Program-made: the position numbers and the translations under genes
Assembly: GCA_035454825.1 (NCBI GenBank)
Contig: DATIGG010000192.1
Span: forward strand, 1 to 32,323
Reading direction: 5' to 3'
From: Thermodesulfobacteriota bacterium
GTDB lineage: Bacteria; Desulfobacterota; BSN033; UBA1163
DNA length: 32,323 nt
Shown here: in pieces, positions 8,661-15,446 of the stretch
Layout: every line of letters begins with the position of its first letter
Numbering within the stretch: position 1 is the first letter of the stretch
The notes under the pieces: generated by a model
What the model saw: the letters and a program-made list of their open reading frames with translations, nothing else
What the model was told of the DNA's origin: nothing
Database searches by the model: none

Positions 8661-9386
8661 ATGAGTTTCCTCTTCTTTGTTCTAATGATCGTGGCCTTTT
8701 TGGCAGGTGTCCTTAAGAGCGGATTTGGCATTGGTGCCGGAATTTTCTTAACACCCATGCTCGCCCTGGTGATGGATCCGAAGGAGGCCGTAGTGGTGGT
8801 TGCGCCCATAATGCTCTTTACGGATATCACTGCTGTTTACCAATACTGGCGCCGGTGGAATTTGAAGGATGTTTTCGCTCTTGCTCCTCCTTGCCTGTTG
8901 GGTGCGATCGCCGGGGTATTCCTCTTAAATTGGTTTACTCCAGACATTGCACGCCGTGCCATCGGGTTTATTGGACTGGTCTATGTAGGGCAAGAAATAG
9001 TGCGAATGGGATTTCGGATGCAGCCTTTCACTCCCAGTCTCATTCGAAGTGTGCCCATCGGTATCGTTGGAGGCGTTGCGTCAGCACTGGCAAATTCGGG
9101 AGGAGTCTTTATCTCTACCTATTTTGCCGGACGTCTCGATAAAGAATATTTTGTGGGAACGCTCGTCGTTGTCTTTTTATGGTTAAATGTTACAAAGGTG
9201 GGAATGTTTACAGGATTAGGGCTCCTTAATCAGAAATTGTGGGTGACTGAATTTTCCCTCATCCCTCTCATGTTTCTGGGAAGCTTGGCGGGGAAATGGG
9301 TCAATACTCGTATTGAGGAAAAGCAATTTAAACGATGGATTTTTGGGTTGATCGTTGTGGCATGCATCAAACTGATCTTTTTTTAA
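8661..9386 (+). CDS. TauE/SafE (DUF81) family anion exporter-type membrane protein
   Basis: Polytopic. MSFLFFVLMIVAFLAGVLKSGFGIGAGIFLTPML and a second GG-rich half (GIVGGVASALANSGGV) are typical of the family. The ATG at 8661 is preferred over the track's GTG at 8628. Confidence 0.8.
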   Translation: MSFLFFVLMIVAFLAGVLKSGFGIGAGIFLTPMLALVMDPKEAVVVVAPIMLFTDITAVYQYWRRWNLKDVFALAPPCLLGAIAGVFLLNWFTPDIARRAIGFIGLVYVGQEIVRMGFRMQPFTPSLIRSVPIGIVGGVASALANSGGVFISTYFAGRLDKEYFVGTLVVVFLWLNVTKVGMFTGLGLLNQKLWVTEFSLIPLMFLGSLAGKWVNTRIEEKQFKRWIFGLIVVACIKLIFF

Positions 9387-9466
9387 AGCCTTTCCTTGAT
9401 CTCCCCCGATAAAGTTTGACCCCTAACGATACATGACGACGCGTTGTTGCAGGGTAAAAAAAATGA

Positions 9467-9495
9467 TTGACATCAAAAAATGTATAATGTATAAA
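9467..9495 (+). promoter_or_regulatory. sigma70-like promoter of the second GntR gene
   Basis: TTGACA (9467-9472), 17-nt spacer, TATAAA (9490-9495), about 27 nt upstream of the ATG at 9522. Confidence 0.45.
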
Positions 9496-9504
9496 ATATA
9501 CAAA
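9481..9504. promoter_or_regulatory. candidate GntR operator overlapping the -10 element
   Basis: TGTATA (9481-9486) and TATACA (9497-9502) are perfect inverted arms. The site shares the 12-mer TGTATAATGTAT with 8326-8337. Confidence 0.45.
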
Positions 9505-9521
9505 TTGGATGGCAGAAAAGC

Positions 9522-10211
9522 ATGCAGCGAATCGAACATGCCAACCTCTCTTTAGTCAACCAGGCCTACCGGGAACTGAAACGGATCATCCTGGAGCATC
9601 AGATCCCTCAGGGCGGAAAACTGAACGAAGGCGAATTGGCCTCAGCCCTGGGCATTAGCCGAACACCCGTCAGGGAGGCTATCAATCGCCTCGAGAAAGA
9701 AGGTCTTGTCGAAATCTTTCCCCAGCGGGGCGCCTTTGTCGTCCGGTTTTCTGAAAAAGACATCAACGAACTATTCTTGATTCGGGAAAACCTCGAAGGC
9801 CTTGCGGCCTACCTGGCAGCCGAAAAAATGACGGGGAATGATCTGGTAAAACTTGAATCATGCGTCCAGGGATTTAACGAGCCCTACAGCAAAAAGGATA
9901 TCCAGCGGTATGCCCGGGAGGATTTCAAATTTCATCAGATGATCGTCATGGTCTCTGATGCCCGGCGGTTGATCAACCTGATTTCTACCCTCCATGACCA
10001 TATCCGTATCTTTCGCCTTACTACCAAGGGATTATCCAGTCGGATGAGTACCTCCCTGGCCGAACATCAGAATCTCATTGAGGCCCTTCGAATGAGGGAC
10101 GCAGAAGAAGCGGAACGTCAGATGAGGCAGCATATCCGCCACGTCCGTCACGGCGTCATGGAAAATATTAAATTCTTCCTGGGGAATGGGGAAGGAATTC
10201 TTTCTAAATAA
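9522..10211 (+). CDS. GntR-family transcriptional regulator (FCD-type), paralog of 7652-8320
   Basis: 229 aa. LASALGISRTPVREAINRLEKEGLVEIFPQRGAFV. The C-terminal helices align by eye with the other GntR (LHDHIRIFRL vs LNDHVQMLRL, AEHQNLIEAL vs VEHFNIIEAM). Confidence 0.9.
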   Translation: MQRIEHANLSLVNQAYRELKRIILEHQIPQGGKLNEGELASALGISRTPVREAINRLEKEGLVEIFPQRGAFVVRFSEKDINELFLIRENLEGLAAYLAAEKMTGNDLVKLESCVQGFNEPYSKKDIQRYAREDFKFHQMIVMVSDARRLINLISTLHDHIRIFRLTTKGLSSRMSTSLAEHQNLIEALRMRDAEEAERQMRQHIRHVRHGVMENIKFFLGNGEGILSK

Positions 10212-10225
10212 AGACATCCTATAAA

Positions 10226-10260
10226 GGTATAATCCAGAATTCTAACCTGAGGATTATACC
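10226..10260. promoter_or_regulatory. perfect 10-bp inverted repeat GGTATAATCC-N15-GGATTATACC immediately upstream of the hydro-lyase genes
   Basis: Read directly from the sequence. It contains the same GTATAAT half-site as the two operator candidates above. The right arm abuts the SD (AGGAGGGAAAGGA-ATG). Confidence 0.5.
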
Positions 10261-10273
10261 AGGAGGGAAAGGA

Positions 10274-11155
10274 ATGGCACCGTTCACCTATCCACTCGTC
10301 GAAGAGACAGCTAAGGAGCTTTATATCCGTGCCCTCAAGATCTTGCCGCCCGACGTGCGGGAGGCCTTAAAGAAGGCTTACAACAAGGAAACAAACCCAA
10401 CGGGTAAGGAAACCCTTAAGACCATACTGCAAAATGTGGAGGTTGCCGACAAGCAGAATATGCTCATCTGCCAGGACACAGGGCTTCCCATTTATATGGT
10501 TAAGATCGGCAGCCGGTTTCCGGTGGATGGGGCCCGGATTGCCTCGGCCTTAAAGGAAGGGGCAAAAAGGGCTACGCTTGAACATCCGTTTCGAGGAAGT
10601 TCCACCCATCCCGTCACCCGGGTGAATCCTCAGACGAGCGTGGGAGATGGATTGCCGATCATCTACTGGGAATTCGTCCCCGAGAATGACTACTTGGAGA
10701 TCCTCATGATTCCTAAAGGGTCCGGCTCTGAGAACATGAGCGCCATGAAAATGTTCATCCCCGCCGACGGGATTGCTGCCGTAAAGAAATTCGTTATTGA
10801 TACCGTTCTGCAATCTGGGGCAAACCCCTGTCCTCCAGGAGTTATAGGCGTAGGAATTGGGGGTACGGCAGACCTGGTGGGGAAGTTAGCCAAGGAGGCC
10901 ATTGCCAGGCCCGTAGGTTCCCATAACCACGATCCTTTCTTTGCGAAGATGGAAGATGAGCTCTATGAAGCCATTAATTCCCTTGGCTTCGGCCCCATGG
11001 GCCTTGGAGGAACCGTGTCCACCCTGGCTGTTCACATCGAATGGGCTTATACCCACATTACCCTGAATCCTGTGGCCGTGAATACACAGTGCTGGCCTGC
11101 CCGAAGGGCAAGAGCAAAGATTTATCCCGACGGGAGAGTGGAGTATGGGTTTTAA
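10274..11155 (+). CDS. Fe-S hydro-lyase alpha subunit (class I fumarate hydratase / L-tartrate dehydratase alpha type)
   Basis: 293 aa. LICQDTGLPIYMVKIG, MIPKGSGSENMS and GVIGVGIGGT are typical of the N-terminal (alpha) catalytic module. Confidence 0.85.
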   Translation: MAPFTYPLVEETAKELYIRALKILPPDVREALKKAYNKETNPTGKETLKTILQNVEVADKQNMLICQDTGLPIYMVKIGSRFPVDGARIASALKEGAKRATLEHPFRGSSTHPVTRVNPQTSVGDGLPIIYWEFVPENDYLEILMIPKGSGSENMSAMKMFIPADGIAAVKKFVIDTVLQSGANPCPPGVIGVGIGGTADLVGKLAKEAIARPVGSHNHDPFFAKMEDELYEAINSLGFGPMGLGGTVSTLAVHIEWAYTHITLNPVAVNTQCWPARRARAKIYPDGRVEYGF

Positions 11156-11220
11156 GGGAAATAGGCAACAGGCAATAGGCAAAACAATTAACCATAGACG
11201 GTTGACGACAATCAGACAGG

Positions 11221-11826
11221 ATGGGGGAAGCCATGGCAACGTATCATTTGATGACTCCATTAACAGAAGAAGTAGTAAGAAAATTGTATGTCCGTGATGG
11301 CGTGTTTCTTAATGGAACGATTTTTGGCATCCGGGATCTTACACAGATTCGCATCTTTGATCATAAGAAGGATCCGCCAGTTTCCCTTCAGGGAGCGGCT
11401 TGTATTCATACCGCTCCAAGCCTTAAAAAGGTTGGAGATCGCTGGGAGAAGATCTGCGTGGGCACGACGACGAGCGGGCGGATGGACCGTTTTACCCCGG
11501 GACTGATGGAAAAGTACGGAGTGAGAGCGATCATCGGCAAGGGTGGCCAGTACCAGGCAAGTCTGGAGGCGATGAAAAAGTTCGGAGGTTGTTATTTAGC
11601 GATTGTGGGTGGGGCGGCTGCACTTGAGACGAATCAGATCGTTGAGGTGGAGAAGGTCTATTGGGAAGATATTCATCCTGAGGCTCTCTATCAATTCAAG
11701 GTCAGGGATTTCGGACCTCTGATTGTAGCCATGGATTCCCATGGAAATCACCTTTATTACGAAGTGAGAGCAGAGGCGGAGAAGAGACTTCCGGAGATCT
11801 ATAAACGGTTGGGAATAACAAGATAG
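11221..11826 (+). CDS. Fe-S hydro-lyase beta subunit (class I fumarate hydratase / tartrate dehydratase beta type)
   Basis: About 200 aa. GTIFGIRDLTQIRIF, HTAPSL.., GTTTSGRMD, IIGKGG and AIVGGAAAL are typical of the beta module. An alternative start at 11233 has a better-placed GGGGGAAG. Confidence 0.85.
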   Translation: MGEAMATYHLMTPLTEEVVRKLYVRDGVFLNGTIFGIRDLTQIRIFDHKKDPPVSLQGAACIHTAPSLKKVGDRWEKICVGTTTSGRMDRFTPGLMEKYGVRAIIGKGGQYQASLEAMKKFGGCYLAIVGGAAALETNQIVEVEKVYWEDIHPEALYQFKVRDFGPLIVAMDSHGNHLYYEVRAEAEKRLPEIYKRLGITR

Positions 11827-11879
11827 CGATTAATCTTATAAAATTTTGAAGCAATTATTTATGAGAACTGATTGTAGTC

Positions 11880-12000
11880 AGACAAATAAACCAACCATCC
11901 CCACCCCCACCCTGGCCCTCCCCTGAAGGGGAGGGAAATCGCTATATTCCTCCACCTTCAAGGGGGAGGTCAGGAGGGGGATGGGGCATTTGGGTTTGAT
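11880..12000. repeat. REP-like G/C-run hairpin element
   Basis: Perfect 8-bp stem ccctcccc (11916-11923) / ggggaggg (11928-11935) with a tgaa loop. A second hairpin is cctcc...ggagg. The flanking copies catcccc... / ...ggggatgggg are inverted. Confidence 0.55.
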
Positions 12001-12035
12001 TTAAATTTTGAAATTTGAAATTAGGGTTTCGGGTA

Positions 12036-12830
12036 ATGGTACTCAGTTTTCTTCTTGGGATTCTGCCATACATCACCGTTGCCATATTTCTTTCCGGTAT
12101 TCTGTTCCGGTTCTGGGTCTGGATCCGGACACCCGTTCCCCTAAGAATCGTCACGACCCCTGGTCCAAAAACCAGGATCGGCGTTGCCGGGCGATTAATC
12201 GGTGATATTCTCTGGTTCCCAAATCTGCTCAATGCGGATCAACCTCTCTGGGTTGCCGGATGGTGCTTCCACGTCCTCTTGTGGCTCGTACTCCTCAGGC
12301 ATTTGAGATACTTTCTCTATCCTGTACCCGGATGGATTGCAGGGATTCAGACGATCGGACTCTATGCAGGTTATCTCATCCCGATTCCTTTAGGCTTCCT
12401 GCTTGCTCGCAGGTTCCTTATCGACCGGACCCTTTATATCTCCATCCTGGGAGATTATTTCGTGCTGTTTCTTCTTCTGTCCATCACCTTAAGCGGAACC
12501 CTGCTTCACCTCTTTTTCAGGACCTATCTCATCGACGTGAAAGCCCTCATCAACGGACTGATCCATTTCAAATACTTGGCCCCGGAGACGCACTGGCTTT
12601 TTATCCTGCACTTCCTCCTGGTTATGGGCTTGCTGGTCTATTTCCCGTTTAGCAAGCTAGTGCATGGAGGAGGACTCATTTTAAGTCCAACCCGCAACCA
12701 GAGAGCAAACTTTGAAAAACGGTTCATCAACCCCTGGGATTTTTCTGTGAGCTATAGCGATCAAAATCTCTCCACGCCCGAGAAATACCGTGAAGCGCTG
12801 GTCGAGGCCAAAGAAGGAGAGAGAGAATGA
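12036..12830 (+). CDS. NarI / DsrM / HdrE-like membrane b-type cytochrome subunit
   Basis: About 264 aa with 5-6 predicted TM helices (MVLSFLLGILPYITVAIFLSGILFRFWVW...). His residues sit in the helices (FHVLLWLVLLRHLRY, LLHLF, ILHFLLV). The stop overlaps the next start (ATGA at 12827-12830). ATG 12036 is preferred over the track's TTG at 12015. Confidence 0.75.
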   Translation: MVLSFLLGILPYITVAIFLSGILFRFWVWIRTPVPLRIVTTPGPKTRIGVAGRLIGDILWFPNLLNADQPLWVAGWCFHVLLWLVLLRHLRYFLYPVPGWIAGIQTIGLYAGYLIPIPLGFLLARRFLIDRTLYISILGDYFVLFLLLSITLSGTLLHLFFRTYLIDVKALINGLIHFKYLAPETHWLFILHFLLVMGLLVYFPFSKLVHGGGLILSPTRNQRANFEKRFINPWDFSVSYSDQNLSTPEKYREALVEAKEGERE

Positions 12831-14230
12831 GGATGCCGATTCCGGTCCCGGAAGTCAGAATTGATGCTTCGAGTCATCTGAAGTGCCATCCAGCCAAGGA
12901 AAAGGACATGGTCAAAATCGACCTGCCCAAAGAGCGCGTCAGGGATTGGAAAGAGGCCATGCTGAAGAAGATGGCCGAGGTCCTCGATCGATACCGTTCG
13001 GTTCGACTCTTTCTCGACATTTGTGTAAAATGCGGCGCCTGTGCGGATAAGTGCCAGTTCTTTCTGGGGACCGGAGATCCGAAGAACATGCCTGTCGCAA
13101 GGGCCGATCTTTTAAGAAAAGTCTATAAACGTTACTTCACGCTGGGCGGAAAGATCTGGGGAAGGGCCAATGAGGCAGAAGAGCTGAATGAGAAAGTGAT
13201 TGAAGAATGGATGACCTACTTTTACCAGTGCAGCGAGTGCCGACGCTGCTCTGTCTTCTGCCCTTATGGGATCGATACGGCAGAGATCACCATGGCTGCA
13301 CGGGAGATCTTGGCCGCAGCCGGCTTCGCGACAAAGTATGTCACCGAAGTTGTGTCAAAGGTCTATGACACCGGGAATAACCTCGGCATCTGGCCGGCAG
13401 CATGGAAGGATATGTGCGCATTCATGGAAGAAGACCAGAAGGACCTTGAAGGAATTGACATCAAGTTTCCGGTCGATGCCATGGGCGCAGAGGTTCTTCT
13501 CATTCCTCCTTCTGCGGATATCTTCGTCAACACCAATACCATAATCGGTTATGCCAAGATGTTCCATGCTGCAGGCATCTCCTGGACGACCAGCACTTAC
13601 TGCAACGAAGGTGGAAATTTCGGTCTCTTCCTCAATTATGCAAACCTGAAGAAAATCAACAACCGGATCATAGAAGCAGCCCGTCAGCTCAAGGTCAAGA
13701 AGATTTATTGGGGCGAATGCGGGCACGCCTGGAGAGCGGGCTTGGCTTATACCCCCACCTTGAGCGGATCCATGGACTTTCTGGAGATCCCCTACCCGGT
13801 CCACCTCTGCGATCTGACCTGGAGCCTGATTTCGAAGGGGGCGTTTAAGATCGATCAATCAGCCAATGACGAGTTTATAGTCACCTATCATGATCCCTGC
13901 AATGTTGCCCGGGCGGCAGGATATGTTGAGTCTCCCAGGAATATCCTCAAGGCAACGTGCAATCATTTTGTGGAGATGCATCCGGACACGATACGAGAAA
14001 AGACATACTGTTGTGGCGGGGGCGGAGGGCTCCTTGCCGATGAGATCATGGAGATCCGCATGGCAGGAGGGAAGCCCCGGGCAGAAGCCTGCCGGGCAAG
14101 CGGAGCAAATTTCATGGCCACCCTATGCGCCATCTGTAAAGCGAACTTGCCAGAGGTGATGAAACACCACAAGGTGAATTGCCAGATCGGTGGCGTTCAT
14201 GACTTATTGGGAAGGGCCATTATTCTTTGA
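12827..14230 (+). CDS. HdrD / DsrK / TmcB-like iron-sulfur CCG-domain oxidoreductase
   Basis: 467 aa. Two ferredoxin-type motifs (CVKCGACADKCQF; CSECRRCSVFCPYG) and C-terminal CCG-type cysteines (YHDPCNVAR, TYCCGGGGG, CAICKANL). Confidence 0.85.
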   Translation: MRMPIPVPEVRIDASSHLKCHPAKEKDMVKIDLPKERVRDWKEAMLKKMAEVLDRYRSVRLFLDICVKCGACADKCQFFLGTGDPKNMPVARADLLRKVYKRYFTLGGKIWGRANEAEELNEKVIEEWMTYFYQCSECRRCSVFCPYGIDTAEITMAAREILAAAGFATKYVTEVVSKVYDTGNNLGIWPAAWKDMCAFMEEDQKDLEGIDIKFPVDAMGAEVLLIPPSADIFVNTNTIIGYAKMFHAAGISWTTSTYCNEGGNFGLFLNYANLKKINNRIIEAARQLKVKKIYWGECGHAWRAGLAYTPTLSGSMDFLEIPYPVHLCDLTWSLISKGAFKIDQSANDEFIVTYHDPCNVARAAGYVESPRNILKATCNHFVEMHPDTIREKTYCCGGGGGLLADEIMEIRMAGGKPRAEACRASGANFMATLCAICKANLPEVMKHHKVNCQIGGVHDLLGRAIIL

Positions 14231-14244
14231 ATGCGGATTGTCGA

Positions 14245-14592
14245 ATGCGAATTGCACCCTTTCTATTTCTGTGCATCCTTTTCTTGAACTGTCTTCTCGG
14301 TTGTCAGCAGGTTCAGAAGCCGGAGTTGAAAGGAGAGGGACCTCTTGCGGTTGTTGTGCCCCGGGGGTCGACTGCCCCTGAGTACCACGCTCCCATAGAG
14401 CGCTGGCGATCCTTTCATATGGAGGCGATCAACCAGGGAGACTTTACGCAGAGAGAGTGTGTGCTCTGTCACAACCCCAAAACAGGCTGCAATAAATGCC
14501 ATCAATATATAGGAGCAAAAGAGGTCTCTGTGCCTGAAGCCAATCTGTACTGGCCACCTCTCTCTCCTCCCCCTTTGACGCATAAGCGCTAA
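14245..14592 (+). CDS. small dihaem c-type cytochrome, predicted lipoprotein
   Basis: Signal peptide plus lipobox MRIAPFLFLCILFLNCLLG|C. Two CxxCH motifs sit five residues apart (CVLCHNPKTGCNKCH). Its last codons lie inside the left terminal repeat of the element at 14581-14913. Confidence 0.7.
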   Translation: MRIAPFLFLCILFLNCLLGCQQVQKPELKGEGPLAVVVPRGSTAPEYHAPIERWRSFHMEAINQGDFTQRECVLCHNPKTGCNKCHQYIGAKEVSVPEANLYWPPLSPPPLTHKR

Positions 14593-14913
14593 CTTATGAA
14601 CATCGAGTAGATTTGTGTGAAGATCCCGATAGGGATATTTGATAATAGACCGGCGATTTATCGCGGGTATCATGAACCGTAAGAGAAAGTCCCGTAGGGA
14701 CCAATGAAATAGGGATCGCGAATGACAAATTCCTATATCAGCCTTTATATGCACATCATTTTCAATACAAAGGGACGACCAGAGACGGCGAGATTCGGAA
14801 CGTCCCGAAGGGACTTGATTTTTAATCTTATTTCCACCCGGCGATAAATCGCCGGGCTATTGTCACAGGTACGCTCTCACGGGCATTGGCATCGGTTTAA
14901 GTTAGCGCTTATG
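14581..14913. mobile_element. MITE-like palindromic element carrying a stub of an IS200/RAYT-type (Y1) transposase gene
   Basis: Perfect 16-bp terminal inverted repeats cataagcgctaactta (14581-14596) / taagttagcgcttatg (14898-14913). Nested inverted pairs are gataatagaccggcgatttatcgc (14641-14664) / gcgataaatcgccgggctattgtc (14841-14864) and gtcccgtagggac / gtcccgaagggac. Confidence 0.6.
14722..14847 (+). pseudogene. remnant of an IS200-like / REP-associated tyrosine transposase (N-terminal ~19 codons only)
   Basis: MTNSYISLYMHIIFNTKGR matches the conserved N-terminal strand (..LY.HI.F.TK.R) of Y1 transposases. The reading frame then runs into REP sequence and stops after 41 codons. Confidence 0.5.
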
Positions 14914-14965
14914 CCCGCCAGGGGAGAGGGGTAATTAAGATTATTTTCCAGATAAGGAAAATTCA

Positions 14966-15439
14966 ATGATTGAGGGATCCGCGAAGCCAATGCCAGAAAA
15001 GAGCTCCCAGGTAGTCTCTGACATCCAGACCAGCCGTAGGACGCTCATGAAAGGGCTTCTTGGCTTTGTTGGAGCCCTGGGTCTGGGGAGTTTCGTGTAC
15101 GGGGCATACCGGTTCCTGGCTCCAGATGCTGGGGCTTATGCATCTGTTGAGATTTCTATCAATGACATCCCCACAGGAGGAACTTACCCGTTCCAGTTTG
15201 GCACTTCTCCCGGCCTTCTCCTCAGAGCAGAGGATGGGAGCTTGAAGGCCTTTTCACTGGTCTGCACTCATCTTGCATGCACAGTTAACTGGAATCCAGA
15301 GAAAAGGACCTTTTATTGTCCCTGCCACGACGGCCTTTTTGATGCCGAGGGTCACGTTATCAGCGGGCCTCCGCCTGCACCGCTGGAGCGGCTAAAGGTT
15401 GAGGTGAGGGGCGACAAAGTAATTGTTGGAGCTGCATAA
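14966..15439 (+). CDS. Rieske [2Fe-2S] subunit of a cytochrome bc / b6f-type complex, Tat-exported
   Basis: Twin-arginine signal SRRTLMKGLLGFVGALGLG. Rieske boxes CTHLAC and CPCHDG. SD is AAGGAAA. Confidence 0.9.
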   Translation: MIEGSAKPMPEKSSQVVSDIQTSRRTLMKGLLGFVGALGLGSFVYGAYRFLAPDAGAYASVEISINDIPTGGTYPFQFGTSPGLLLRAEDGSLKAFSLVCTHLACTVNWNPEKRTFYCPCHDGLFDAEGHVISGPPPAPLERLKVEVRGDKVIVGAA

Positions 15440-15446
15440 TTACAAA

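Noticed and set aside
8367-8661. ORFs 8367-8564(-), 8394-8585(+) and 8437-8661(+); likewise 11942-12232(-), 12008-12205(+), 28283-28507(+) and 28309-28551(+)
   Set aside because: They are read entirely through REP-like palindromes (peptides such as ..SLSKERGEGRF.., ..PPDLPLEGGG.., ..VIARERSNL-like..). These are typical translation artefacts of intergenic repeats.
13355-13858. 167-aa minus ORF and other short ORFs inside the HdrD-like gene
   Set aside because: Antisense or alternative frames of a gene with clear Fe-S and CCG motifs.
14263-14754. 163-aa minus-strand ORF
   Set aside because: It is antisense to the dihaem cytochrome gene and continues through the MITE-like element. No motifs.
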